Shown piece by piece: positions 30,685 to 40,900 of a DNA stretch of 64,000 nucleotides. The position numbers and the translations under genes were made by a program. Source of the stretch: a virus. The notes under the pieces were generated by a model, which was not told where the DNA came from, did no database searches, and saw only the letters and a program-made list of their open reading frames with translations. The stretch lies in IMG/VR virus record IMGVR_UViG_3300025141_016022. One strand, 5' to 3'. Each line of letters starts with the position of its first letter. The stretch's first letter is position 1.

Positions 30685-31493
30685 CTCACTGAATGTTTAA
30701 TATTTGTGTAGAGCTTAGTTAGAAATTTCTCTAGAGATTTTCTATCATTCTTTAATGTTTCTTTATATCTGGAAACTATTCCAGCAAGATCAGAGTCTTG
30801 CCTTTTGATAAGTGAAAGCGCTTCTTCTTGCGTGTATTTATCTAAAAGCTGCTCAGATGCTTCATATGCAAATGCATCAATTTCATTATGAAGGCTAAGG
30901 TAGTCTTCCTGCGTTCCGCCTTTTGACAACTGCTTGGGATCGTTCTGTAGTTCTTCCCATGCCTCTTCTTCACTAATCCCTTTGCTTTCTGCCTGTTTCT
31001 TAAGTTGATTATAGTGAACTAGTTCATGGTTGATAGTTCGTGATATTATCTTTGATAGCTCTGTAGAGTCTAAGTCATCCATATCATACTCATCAGAGTA
31101 GGGTCTAAACTCAAGCCATATAATGTGTTTCCCATTTTCAGGACCTCTGTATTGACCTCTCATCATCCAGTTGCTAGGATATCCTCCATATTCATCTCCC
31201 GGTCCTAAAGTATATAGCTCATTATCTGTAACACTGAGGAAAAAATATAGATCTGTACCAAGATCACTAGCAGATGTATTTAGTGCATCCATAAGAGTTT
31301 CAATTGCAGGAGTTGACCAGGTCGACTCATCAACAAGATCTACATCATTTTCATTGTGAGCCATTTCCCAAAACTTAGAATCGACAATTCCTTGAAAAAT
31401 AGCTGATGTCAATTCTTTATCAGGTGCTGTTGATTCACACAGCAAGATCTCTTCCTTGATGATCTGTCTTAATTGCCTGCGTGTGATTTTCAT
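30681..31493 (-). CDS. Zincin-like (HExxH) protein with shared leader (MKITRRQLRQIIKEE)
   Basis: NHELVHYNQ...EIDAFAYE; leader motif. Confidence 0.75.
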   Translation of the reverse strand: MKITRRQLRQIIKEEILLCESTAPDKELTSAIFQGIVDSKFWEMAHNENDVDLVDESTWSTPAIETLMDALNTSASDLGTDLYFFLSVTDNELYTLGPGDEYGGYPSNWMMRGQYRGPENGKHIIWLEFRPYSDEYDMDDLDSTELSKIISRTINHELVHYNQLKKQAESKGISEEEAWEELQNDPKQLSKGGTQEDYLSLHNEIDAFAYEASEQLLDKYTQEEALSLIKRQDSDLAGIVSRYKETLKNDRKSLEKFLTKLYTNIKHSVS

Positions 31494-31540
31494 GTTTAAA
31501 CCCTGTTAGATAATAATTATTTCACTTTTTCTAATTTATT

Positions 31541-31569
31541 TTAAAAACTACTTGCGACAAAGTTATAAT
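31541..31569 (+). promoter_or_regulatory. Candidate sigma70-type promoter TTAAAA-N17-TATAAT
   Basis: TTAAAA 31541-31546, TATAAT 31564-31569. Confidence 0.5.
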
Positions 31570-31599
31570 CATCTATACTATAAACAAGGAGAAATAGTA

Positions 31600-32040
31600 A
31601 TGAAAGCGTATCTTGCAAGTTCATGGTTTAACCCTGTTGCAAATCAAGAGGTTGATGATATTATCTCATCACTTGAGAACAATAACTTTGAGGTATTTTC
31701 ACCTCGTGATTTTTTTGTTTGTCCGCCAACTGCTGACCTGGCAACACAAAAGTCAACCTATGAGGGAAATCTTGAACATCTTCACAAGTGTGATTTTATG
31801 GTTTGTAATACTCATGGAAAAGATATGGGTTCAATTTTTGAAGCTGGATATTTTAAAGCACTTGAAAAGCCTATCGTTTATTTCTGCGCTGGGCTGCCCG
31901 CAGGGGCGGCATTCAACTTAATGTTGGCACAGAGCGGAGTAAAAGTATGCACATCTATTGATGAGCTTAATGACTACATGGCACGCTGTAACTCAGAGGG
32001 TAAGCTTCTTTTCGAGCCATACTATGGAAATATTGAGTAG
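31600..32040 (+). CDS. Nucleoside 2-deoxyribosyltransferase / nucleotide N-glycosidase family (NDT/MilB/DNPH1-like)
   Basis: YLASSWF, VFSPRD, DMGSIFEAGY, NLMLA; ATG 31600 behind AAGGAG. Confidence 0.82.
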   Translation: MKAYLASSWFNPVANQEVDDIISSLENNNFEVFSPRDFFVCPPTADLATQKSTYEGNLEHLHKCDFMVCNTHGKDMGSIFEAGYFKALEKPIVYFCAGLPAGAAFNLMLAQSGVKVCTSIDELNDYMARCNSEGKLLFEPYYGNIE

Positions 32041-32059
32041 AATTTAATAACATCGTTGC

Positions 32060-32088
32060 GTGTAAATTTGGCTAATTTATTTTATAAT
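32060..32088 (+). promoter_or_regulatory. Candidate sigma70-type promoter GTGTAA-N17-TATAAT for dnaE
   Basis: GTGTAA 32060-32065, TATAAT 32083-32088. Confidence 0.5.
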
Positions 32089-32104
32089 AAATTGAGGAAT
32101 ATAA

Positions 32105-35100
32105 ATGTCATCTATTATTAAACCCAAGAAGTTTGTCGGTCTACATGCACATTCTGGAACAGGTAGTCCGTATGACGGTCTTGGATATCCAAACCAGCAT
32201 ATTGACTTTGTCTTGTCAAATGAAATGAATGCATGGGCACTGACTGATCACGGTAACGGTAACGGTCTTGCCCATGCACATGCTTATGCAAAGAAGCTAA
32301 AGAAGAAAGGTAGGGATTATCGACAGATTTATGGTGTTGAGTTTTACTTTGTACCTTCATTGCTTGAATGGCGTGAATCTTACGAAGCACATCGTGAAGA
32401 AGTTCGTGCAGCAAGGTCTGAAAAGAAGTTAAAAGAGTCAACAGATATTAACTCTGAAGATGAGATTTCTGGAGGTCTTATAATTGAAAATGAAGATGAG
32501 ACAAAAAATGATTTCGAGAAAAACGATTGGAAGAGGCGATATCACCTAGTTGTCATCGCAAAGAATCAAATTGGTCTACAGAATCTTTTCACTCTTGTCA
32601 AGAAGTCTTATACAGATGGTTTCTACAGATTCCCTAGAATTGATTACAATCTTCTCAAGATGCACGGTGAGGGTCTTGTAGTAAGTACAGCATGCATTGG
32701 TGGCTATCCCTCATCTTTAATTGCTAGAGGGGAGGCAACAGGCAAGTCTGATAGTGATATTATTCTAGATTTAGAAAACATGTCTGATAGATTTATTGAT
32801 GCCGTAGGCAGGAAAAACTTTAATCTAGAAGTTCAATTTAACTCTCTATCAATGCAACATAAAACCAATAAGCATCTTATTTCTCTACATGAGAAAACAG
32901 GTATACCGCTTGTCGCTACTGCTGATAGTCACTACTATGGTAGAAATATGTGGGAAGCACGAGAATTGTATAGAAAACTCGGCCGCATGGGTGCAAGAGG
33001 AGATGCAATGCCGTCACTTCCAGCTTTTGAAGACTTGAAGTGTGAGCTCTATCCCAAGAATGCTGAACAAATGTGGGATGAGTATAAACAGCATGCTTCA
33101 AGCTATGATTTCTACAAGGGTAAAGATCAGCTAATAGCTGATGCAATTGAAAGATCTTACGATATTGCATGGGAACAATGCGAAGATGTCTGGTTTGATG
33201 AGGAGGCAAAGCTTCCAAGATTTGGTACACCGACAGACTCAGCATTCAATCAGCTAGCACGAAGAGTTAAAGAGGCACTAGTTAAAGAAGACCTTCATAA
33301 AGATCAAGAATATGTTGATCGTGCAAAGATGGAGCTAGATGATATCAAGTATCTTGGATTTGAAAACTATTTCCTAACTATGACAAAGGTTTTTGACCTA
33401 GCATCACAAAGCACTATTATCGGCCCAGGTCGCGGCTCTGGCGCTGGATCACTAGTTAACTACTTGCTAGGAATTACAACAACAGACCCGATTAAATATG
33501 GGCTTCTATGGGAGAGATTTCTTCACAGGGCAAAGGCAGGATGGCCAGACATTGATACAGATGCTGGTGATAGAGATGTCCTGATCAATGCTTCAAGAGA
33601 ACTTTTCGGAGAAGAGTCTGTTGTTCCAGTTTCCAATTTTAATACACTTAAGCTTAAGTCCCTTGTTAAGGATGTTTCAAAGTTTTATGGTATTGACTTT
33701 GGCGAAGTTAACGCAATGACAAATACTTTAGAAAAAGATGTTATGCATAAAGCTATGGGTGATCATGAAGAAAGATCAACATATGTTCTTACACATGAAG
33801 ATTGTATGAAGTACTCGCAGAAGTATTCTGATTTTATGGATGAATACCCGAAGGTAAGTGAACATGTCCAGAATCTTTTTATGGAGTCTAGATCAATTGG
33901 TAGACATGCTGGGGGTGTTTTAATCTGCCCGAATCTCGAGAAGCATATGCCCGTTATTAAGGTAAGGGGCGAATTGCAAACACCATGGTCTGAAGGTATG
34001 AACTTTAGACATCTTGAAACAAACGGATTTCTTAAGTTTGATTTTCTCGGTCTAACAACACTTAAGATGGTCGAAGATTGTACAAGACTTATTCTTAGAA
34101 AGCAAGGCAATCTATCACCTACGTTTGCTGATATTCAAAAGTTCTTTGATGAAAAGATGAATTGTAGATATAATGATCTTGATGATCAAAATGTATGGGA
34201 GCATGTTTACCATAAGGGTCGGTTTGTACAGGTATTCCAGTTTACCCAGCAAGGCGCAAGAAACTTTTGCACTTCTGCAAAGCCAAGTACTATTGAAGAA
34301 TTAGCAACAATTACAGCAATCTATCGGCCAGGACCTCTTTCTGCTGGTGTTCATAGAAAGTACGTAAAAGCTAAGAAGTCAGTTGAGGATGGTAAACCTA
34401 TTGAGTATGATCACCCTGTTATCGAAGAGATTCTAAGCGAAACTTACGGCTTTATCTCGTTCCAAGAGCAGTTCATGCTCTTAGCACAGAAGCTAGCTAA
34501 TTTTGACAAGGGTGCATCAGATAAGATGCGTAAGACACTAGTTAAGAAATCACTCGATTCAAATGCTGCAAAGGTTCAAGAAAGAATTGACCTTCACAAG
34601 AAGTTTGTCAACGGTGCAGTTGAGATATCTGGGATGGATAAGGACAAGGCTGAGAAGCTCTATGAGACAATTGAATTCTTCTCTGGGTATGGCTTCAATA
34701 AGTCGCATGCAGTGTCCTACGCCATTGATTCCTATTACTCTGCATGGCTTCACACATACTATGAAAAAGAATGGCTTGCAACATGCTTGCAAACACAAAA
34801 TGGCTCTAGTAAGTTTGGAAAGGTCATCTCTGAGATTAAATCACTAGGATATACAATTTTACCGCCTGACATCAACGCCTCTTCTGATGTCTGGGTTTAC
34901 AGTGATGAGAGGGGAGGCTTTGTCCCACCTCTAACAGCAATCAAGGGTGTTGGCGACGCTGCCGTTGCAGAGATTATGGAAAGGAGACCATTCTCCAGTC
35001 TTGATGAGATGATGTTTACTGAGGATGGCAAGTGGCGACCATCAAAGATGAACAAGACATGTTTTAGCTCACTTTCTTTGGTCGAGGCTTTTGGAAGCCT

Positions 35101-35662
35101 AGATGAGTTCAAAACTGGAAAGGTACTAAATCACAGACAACTTTACACTGTTATCATTGACAACTATGACCTCCTTAAGAAGGGCAGACATGGAATGACA
35201 AAGACTGCTGTTAAGAAATTGTTAAAGGAACAGGACTACATTCCAAACTTTATCGATATCAAGCTTAACGAGGTTGATGGAATGCCTGACTGGAATCGTG
35301 CAGAGAAGATTGGAAACAGTGTTGAATTAATGGCAAGTGCAGATGAGACTCTTGTATTCCCGCCAAGAATTATGGCAAAGATTGAAAAGGCAGATGTTCG
35401 CCCAGTCACTGCACTCTCGGGAAAAGAAAGAGATATTGTCTGGTTCTGTATTCAAACAATGGAAGAGAGAACAACAAAGAACAACAAGAAGTTCTATCGG
35501 ATGAAGGTCATGGATAATAACTCTGAGAGCTGCTGGCTCCGTGTCTGGGGTAGGTTTGATGATCCCCCTGACCTATATACCATGTGGCTGGCTGAAGTAG
35601 CTTCTACAGAGTCCTGGGGTTGTTCTACATCATCATATAAGATGAAGAAGCTAGAGGTTTAG
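32105..35662 (+). CDS. dnaE: DNA polymerase III alpha subunit (family C)
   Basis: PHP domain LHAHS, LTDHG, GVE, ADSHY; GPGRGSGAGSL; PDIDTD; GRHAGG; LKFDFLGL; YRPGP; YGFNKSHA. Confidence 0.96.
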   Translation: MSSIIKPKKFVGLHAHSGTGSPYDGLGYPNQHIDFVLSNEMNAWALTDHGNGNGLAHAHAYAKKLKKKGRDYRQIYGVEFYFVPSLLEWRESYEAHREEVRAARSEKKLKESTDINSEDEISGGLIIENEDETKNDFEKNDWKRRYHLVVIAKNQIGLQNLFTLVKKSYTDGFYRFPRIDYNLLKMHGEGLVVSTACIGGYPSSLIARGEATGKSDSDIILDLENMSDRFIDAVGRKNFNLEVQFNSLSMQHKTNKHLISLHEKTGIPLVATADSHYYGRNMWEARELYRKLGRMGARGDAMPSLPAFEDLKCELYPKNAEQMWDEYKQHASSYDFYKGKDQLIADAIERSYDIAWEQCEDVWFDEEAKLPRFGTPTDSAFNQLARRVKEALVKEDLHKDQEYVDRAKMELDDIKYLGFENYFLTMTKVFDLASQSTIIGPGRGSGAGSLVNYLLGITTTDPIKYGLLWERFLHRAKAGWPDIDTDAGDRDVLINASRELFGEESVVPVSNFNTLKLKSLVKDVSKFYGIDFGEVNAMTNTLEKDVMHKAMGDHEERSTYVLTHEDCMKYSQKYSDFMDEYPKVSEHVQNLFMESRSIGRHAGGVLICPNLEKHMPVIKVRGELQTPWSEGMNFRHLETNGFLKFDFLGLTTLKMVEDCTRLILRKQGNLSPTFADIQKFFDEKMNCRYNDLDDQNVWEHVYHKGRFVQVFQFTQQGARNFCTSAKPSTIEELATITAIYRPGPLSAGVHRKYVKAKKSVEDGKPIEYDHPVIEEILSETYGFISFQEQFMLLAQKLANFDKGASDKMRKTLVKKSLDSNAAKVQERIDLHKKFVNGAVEISGMDKDKAEKLYETIEFFSGYGFNKSHAVSYAIDSYYSAWLHTYYEKEWLATCLQTQNGSSKFGKVISEIKSLGYTILPPDINASSDVWVYSDERGGFVPPLTAIKGVGDAAVAEIMERRPFSSLDEMMFTEDGKWRPSKMNKTCFSSLSLVEAFGSLDEFKTGKVLNHRQLYTVIIDNYDLLKKGRHGMTKTAVKKLLKEQDYIPNFIDIKLNEVDGMPDWNRAEKIGNSVELMASADETLVFPPRIMAKIEKADVRPVTALSGKERDIVWFCIQTMEERTTKNNKKFYRMKVMDNNSESCWLRVWGRFDDPPDLYTMWLAEVASTESWGCSTSSYKMKKLEV

Positions 35663-35693
35663 CCAGATATATATTATCTGAGTGTGACACAGC

Positions 35694-37025
35694 ATGAAGA
35701 TAACAGAGTCAAGAATCAGAAGAATTATAAGAGAAGAGCTTCTTCAGGAATCTAGTGACTTTAGATTTGACATTAACAAAAGTGTATATGTACTTCCTGA
35801 TGCGCAGGTAGAGATTGAAAAAGCGGGGGATGGCTGGCTATTAAAGATCAGGAATTTACAAGCAGGACAATTTGGTTCAGTTCCTTTGAACATCTACGGA
35901 CCATCCTACATGCTTGATTCGCTTGTACCACACGGAGCAGAGCCGGGCGATAAGCATCATAGGTTCTTGCAATCTGTAGGCTTTCCATTTGATGATCATC
36001 CTCCCTACGAAACCTGGGAGAATGAATTTCCCGGGGGCGCCAGAAGATTTATCACTGATGGTGACTACCTTGATCAGTACCTTGAAAGATTTCACAAAGA
36101 TGAGGAATTTACTAGTGAGTTCAGGCTAAGCTACTTTGGCTACGCTCAGGATGTCTTACAGGGAATTCGCTTAACGCTTGATAGAATTGACAGCTATATA
36201 CATAGCAATAGGGTTCAAAATATCATAGCTAGGGATCATGATGATTTTAAAGATAAGCTTGCAAAATTTTTCTCAATAAGTGAAATAAACATTGTTGATA
36301 AGACAGCACGAGATACGGCTGGTTTCTATATGCCATCTGAACACAGTATCACAATTGCAGTTGCAAGAAACCCGCGTAAGGTGACAAGGGAAACAACCTA
36401 TCATGAATTTCTTCATCACTGGCAAGAAATTTTTGATGAACCTGAAAATTTTGATTGGAAGTTTCGTCCACTTGAACGTGAAGATGAGACAGGCTTAGGG
36501 CAAGAAGATGAAACATATGAAGCTCTTTATTCACAACTAATGGCTGCCTCAAATATTCCAGTAAGAAGGTGGCTTAGGAACCTCGGAGCAAGCTATCTTA
36601 ATCTTCCTACTAATTTTGACAGATATACTGTTAGAGAGTCAATGAGAAAAGCTGAAAGCTTTGAGATGTCATTAAGCGCTGATGATAAGGGGGAGTGGAG
36701 TGGTTTTGATTCAGTCTTTAAGGCATTTTACCAGTTTCAGGAAAACCACTTTACAATGTCCCTAAGACGACTCTTTATGATCTTAAATAACTTAGGATAT
36801 GATTTAGATTTAACTAGTGATAATAGCATTGAAAGATTTAAAGAGGGATTAAATTTATTTTTAAGATTTGGATTTCCACACAGCGTATATCTTAAAAACA
36901 GGGATTTGATTGCGTTACCTTTGTTTCTTAAGCCTACACCAAAGAATATAAATTTAATCACAAGAATAGGTGATACTCTTGCTTCTAATGAAATACATTC
37001 TGACAGTGGTACTGAAACTGTATAA
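35694..37025 (+). CDS. Leader-bearing zincin-like protein (MKITESRIRRIIREE; HEFLH)
   Basis: Leader motif; TAGFY...ITIA...TYHEFLHHWQ. Confidence 0.75.
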   Translation: MKITESRIRRIIREELLQESSDFRFDINKSVYVLPDAQVEIEKAGDGWLLKIRNLQAGQFGSVPLNIYGPSYMLDSLVPHGAEPGDKHHRFLQSVGFPFDDHPPYETWENEFPGGARRFITDGDYLDQYLERFHKDEEFTSEFRLSYFGYAQDVLQGIRLTLDRIDSYIHSNRVQNIIARDHDDFKDKLAKFFSISEINIVDKTARDTAGFYMPSEHSITIAVARNPRKVTRETTYHEFLHHWQEIFDEPENFDWKFRPLEREDETGLGQEDETYEALYSQLMAASNIPVRRWLRNLGASYLNLPTNFDRYTVRESMRKAESFEMSLSADDKGEWSGFDSVFKAFYQFQENHFTMSLRRLFMILNNLGYDLDLTSDNSIERFKEGLNLFLRFGFPHSVYLKNRDLIALPLFLKPTPKNINLITRIGDTLASNEIHSDSGTETV

Positions 37026-37065
37026 AACAATTATTAAGAATAATTATATTAAGAGCAAAGTTATT

Positions 37066-37998
37066 ATGAAAATCACACACAAGCGGCTAAAAAGAATTAT
37101 AAGAGAAGAGCTTCTACGTGAGGCCAGTGGAGCTGCAGGTCCGGGCACAGTTCCAGGATACAATTATATTGAGGTATCTGAGTACAGAGGTAAACCTGCT
37201 CACATGATAAATGCTAAGCATCTCAAAAGAACTTTGAAAGAGACATTGGGTATAAAGCAACATGGAACGGCTGACGACCACTTCCACCAGGCGGGCTTGG
37301 GAGGTATTATTTCTGGTTGGGGAAGCCTAAGTAAGAAACTAACAAAAATCTGGAGCGATCGAATCCCCCAGGGACAAGGCGGTCATGGAACGGGATGCCA
37401 AAGCTGCTGGGCAGACTTCTTTATTCTTGTAGATCTTGGAAAATGTGGAGCATCTCAGGCATACTTGATCCCTGGTGTTAGCGTTGTTGAAGATATTCCA
37501 ATTATAGTATTTGGAGATATTAGTCTTGAGCCTCTAATTGATCACATAGCAGATGAAGCAGGCTTGGCGATAATTGGGAAAGGCGAAAAAAGAGATGATG
37601 CTGAACAACAGACTGTTGAAAATGAGTGGGCAGAATGGACAGGTAGACAGTATGAGCTTATTAGTAAATTTCATAATAAGGTGTATTATGGAGGCGAGAT
37701 GCTTTCCGACCTATTACACGATGCATTTGTTTTCCGGACACCAGTAATTGTTGTGCTCCCAAGGTCATCGCTAATTAAAGATATTGATCCGTGTGTCATT
37801 GCTAAAAATTATCAACTTCTTAGAGCGCCACCGGTGACACCGGTGGCTCCAGCTGTTAAGGATGAAGTAGAGCTTGATCCTGCAAGCGTGGAGATAGATC
37901 CCCAGGGCCAGCAAATAGATATTGATTCTGAGATATATGATGCGCCTCTTGAGCCGTATAAATCTCCCTTTAGAACTCCAATAGGTAAGCAAGATTAA
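37066..37998 (+). CDS. Leader-bearing hypothetical protein (MKITHKRLKRIIREE)
   Basis: In-frame ATG at 37066 starts the shared leader; preceded by AATAATTA. Confidence 0.75.
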   Translation: MKITHKRLKRIIREELLREASGAAGPGTVPGYNYIEVSEYRGKPAHMINAKHLKRTLKETLGIKQHGTADDHFHQAGLGGIISGWGSLSKKLTKIWSDRIPQGQGGHGTGCQSCWADFFILVDLGKCGASQAYLIPGVSVVEDIPIIVFGDISLEPLIDHIADEAGLAIIGKGEKRDDAEQQTVENEWAEWTGRQYELISKFHNKVYYGGEMLSDLLHDAFVFRTPVIVVLPRSSLIKDIDPCVIAKNYQLLRAPPVTPVAPAVKDEVELDPASVEIDPQGQQIDIDSEIYDAPLEPYKSPFRTPIGKQD

Positions 37999-37999
37999 A

Positions 38000-40900
38000 A
38001 TGAAGATAACAGAATCCAGAATCAGAAGAATCATAAGAGAAGAGCTTCTTAAAGAAGATAGCGAAGATACCGTTCTAGGAAAAATGAGCTGGCCCATGGC
38101 GCCTGGTGTCTCAGACCCGTTTGGTGAACTACGATCCTCAAATCCCCCACCAGTTCTTTCAACATCAATGTGGTATGACCTCGATGGTGACGCAATGCTA
38201 TCGAGTCATAAGATTGAATCAAAGAAATTTATTGAACACCTTATGGATACTATAGAGCACAGAGGTGGAGTTGCAAACTCTGTTGCAAATGCTGGACACA
38301 TCGCAGCTGTCTACAAGGAAATGGGTGTTGAGACGCGAATAGCTCCATACCCTGGGCCTAAGCATTGGGGTGCAGGAGATTATGAGTCATGGGGAGAGTT
38401 TCCAGGATCAGCAAGAAGTTTTTTTAAAAAGTATGACCCATGGGTTCTTGATGCGGACGAGATATTTCTCGTAACAGTTGATAATACTTCTTACAGGGCT
38501 CCTGGCCAAAAAGTTACAGAGATTGAACCTGAAGATATGGAGATGGGAGTTGAATACGGAGGAACAACTGATCCCGCAGCTGGCAAGATTAAGCGAGCAC
38601 TTAGCTCTCTACTTGGTGACCTTACGCTTCCTGCCCATTACGATCCTTCACCAGTTCAACTGACCGCTGCTAAATCATGGCTGTCTCAATGGCTTCCAGG
38701 AGGAAATCCATCTCCTGAAATGGCTAGGGCAATGGCAGCTACAAATCCATACAATGCTGTCTGGGAAACATTTCTAGGTCCAATAAAAGAGTGTCTAAGC
38801 GGTCAAGCAGCTGCCAAAGAAGAAGCTACTCGAAGAGCATCAAAGCAGGATGATTTCTATTCTAGAGAAGGGGCAGACATAACCTTTGCTGGAGGAGCAA
38901 CGTCAGAGGATACCCAGGCTGTTCTCAAACAAATGCAAAAAACTGGGGAGGCAGAAAAGATATCAGATGAATCAATTGGGACTTCTTCTGCTGGTCTGTG
39001 TGCATCAGCCAGAGCATCAGAGCTTATAGCATTGTTAGTTTTGCCATCTGGACAGTTTACTTTAGCCGGAAGGATTGCGCTAGCAGCTGGTCTCGTTCAT
39101 CTTGCAAGAGGCTCTCACAGAGAGGCTATGTTTGAACTACTGCTTGGTGCATTTGAGATTGTAGCAGCAACCAAAGCGATTGTAAGATATACCGCAGTAG
39201 TTAAAAGTGCACTTAGGTCAGGAAAGCTTCCGGCAGATGACATTCTCGAAGAAATGATTAAAGCTGGAGTATTTGAAGAGCATGCTGATATAATAAGGCG
39301 GTTAGCAAGACAGCCAAAGATGGAGGAAGAAGTTCAAGCTATGCGCCAAGAGATGGCAAGAGTAATCGAGACAATGGATAGTACAGATCCCTTGAAGCCT
39401 TATCTGGATGCATATGTTAGAGGAGCCAGTTCAGATGAGCTTAGGGGAATATACAAGGCTGCCAAGGCTGAGATTGAGTCTGGAGCTCGCTGGGACATTC
39501 ACACGTCAACTAGACGTGCAGCTGATATTGATCCAGATGAGCTCGATGCGTGGCTAGAAAGACTTGAGGACTTACCGCTTACATCATCTCCTGGATCTAG
39601 AAAAGCTGTAATAGACAAGTATATAGAATCTCAGATCAGTATAAATAGAGCTCTGGAAGCTGAACAGGCAACAGCAAGAGGTGCAGGTCGAGGGAAATCG
39701 ACTCCGGAAAATCCATGGGGAAAGGGTCCTGAGCCTAAAGCAATTAGACCCGCAGGATCTAAGGCGCCATTAGCACAAACAGCCAATATGGGAAGACAGA
39801 TTATTGATTTAGCATATGCCAAATTACGATCGATACCTGATGGTAAAATTTATAAGATTGCAAAATTCGAAAGAGGTCACTTCAGCGACGTTGATAGAAT
39901 TGAAATTAGACTGGATGGTTTGTTTGATGTTGATGATATTGAAAAAATTGTTGACGACTCTCTCGGTGACTATCTAAACACGCTCACACCCCCGCAGGCA
40001 TCAAGGTATAAGCAAGATGTTATTGAAGAAATCCAAAACCTTGACTTTGTAGTAGGACCAAGGACTCCTGACAGGGTGGGACAATATGTCCAATCCGGAC
40101 CTGGTCAAAGAGGCCAAGTCTGGGTTGAACCGTTTGACAAAGAAGAGTGGAAGGCTATAGTAGGAACCAATAGAGATCGACCAGATTTTGAAGAAGCCGT
40201 TAAAAAAGCTTTTATCGACGCTCTAGATTCTGGAACAAAATTTGATTTGCCAGAGCAGGTGAGAAATACACTTTCTCATGAACTTGGTCACTGGATAGAC
40301 CTCACTATCGAGGGAAATAAATATGATCACCTTATTGTAGATTCAAATGGAATTCCCATGAGGGAAATCGATGGCAAGCAGATGACATTTGATCAAGCTG
40401 TCAAAGAAAGAAAAGTTAAAACAATAGAAGAATGGCTACAGGACCCGCCGGATATCTTTGGAGATTTCGTAACGCAACCCTGGCATGGAAGAATTGGGGA
40501 GCTAGATGCTGAAATAACAAGAGGCGTAACAGATTTTCAAGATTCCCTAGAGGCATCAATTAAAAGAATTCGTGACCTTGATGATCAATATAAGCTTCCC
40601 TGGGATATCTCTCCCAGAAAGCCGCCGCGAGATCAACAGCCAGTAGCATCTGATAGTCCGTCAGCATGGGATAGAAGAAGTACTACCAAACACCCATCAC
40701 AGACTACTCGCAGACAAGAGCCGAAAAAATGGGATGATGCAGAGACAAAGTCAGCAATGCACAAAGAAGAGATGGCAGAGATCGGCTTGGACGAACTAGA
40801 TTATACATATCAAATATTGACTGATAAAGATCTATTTAGGGATATATTTGTCGGAGACTACTTTCCTATTGAGCCTAACCGTGGGTATCTTGATGATTAT

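Noticed and set aside
17901-35662. Inteins or introns in nrdJ and dnaE (also checked recA and dnaB upstream)
   Set aside because: Lengths are ordinary, ORFs are uninterrupted, and no intein splice or homing-endonuclease motifs were seen. The charged insert in the DnaE PHP domain is short and low-complexity.
36970-37065. N-terminal extension of ORF 36970..37998, and similar extensions at 14324, 26111, 31552, 50071, 50567
   Set aside because: Downstream ATGs fit better: they have SD sites, start the shared leader, or directly follow the previous stop. The extensions overlap promoters or upstream genes.
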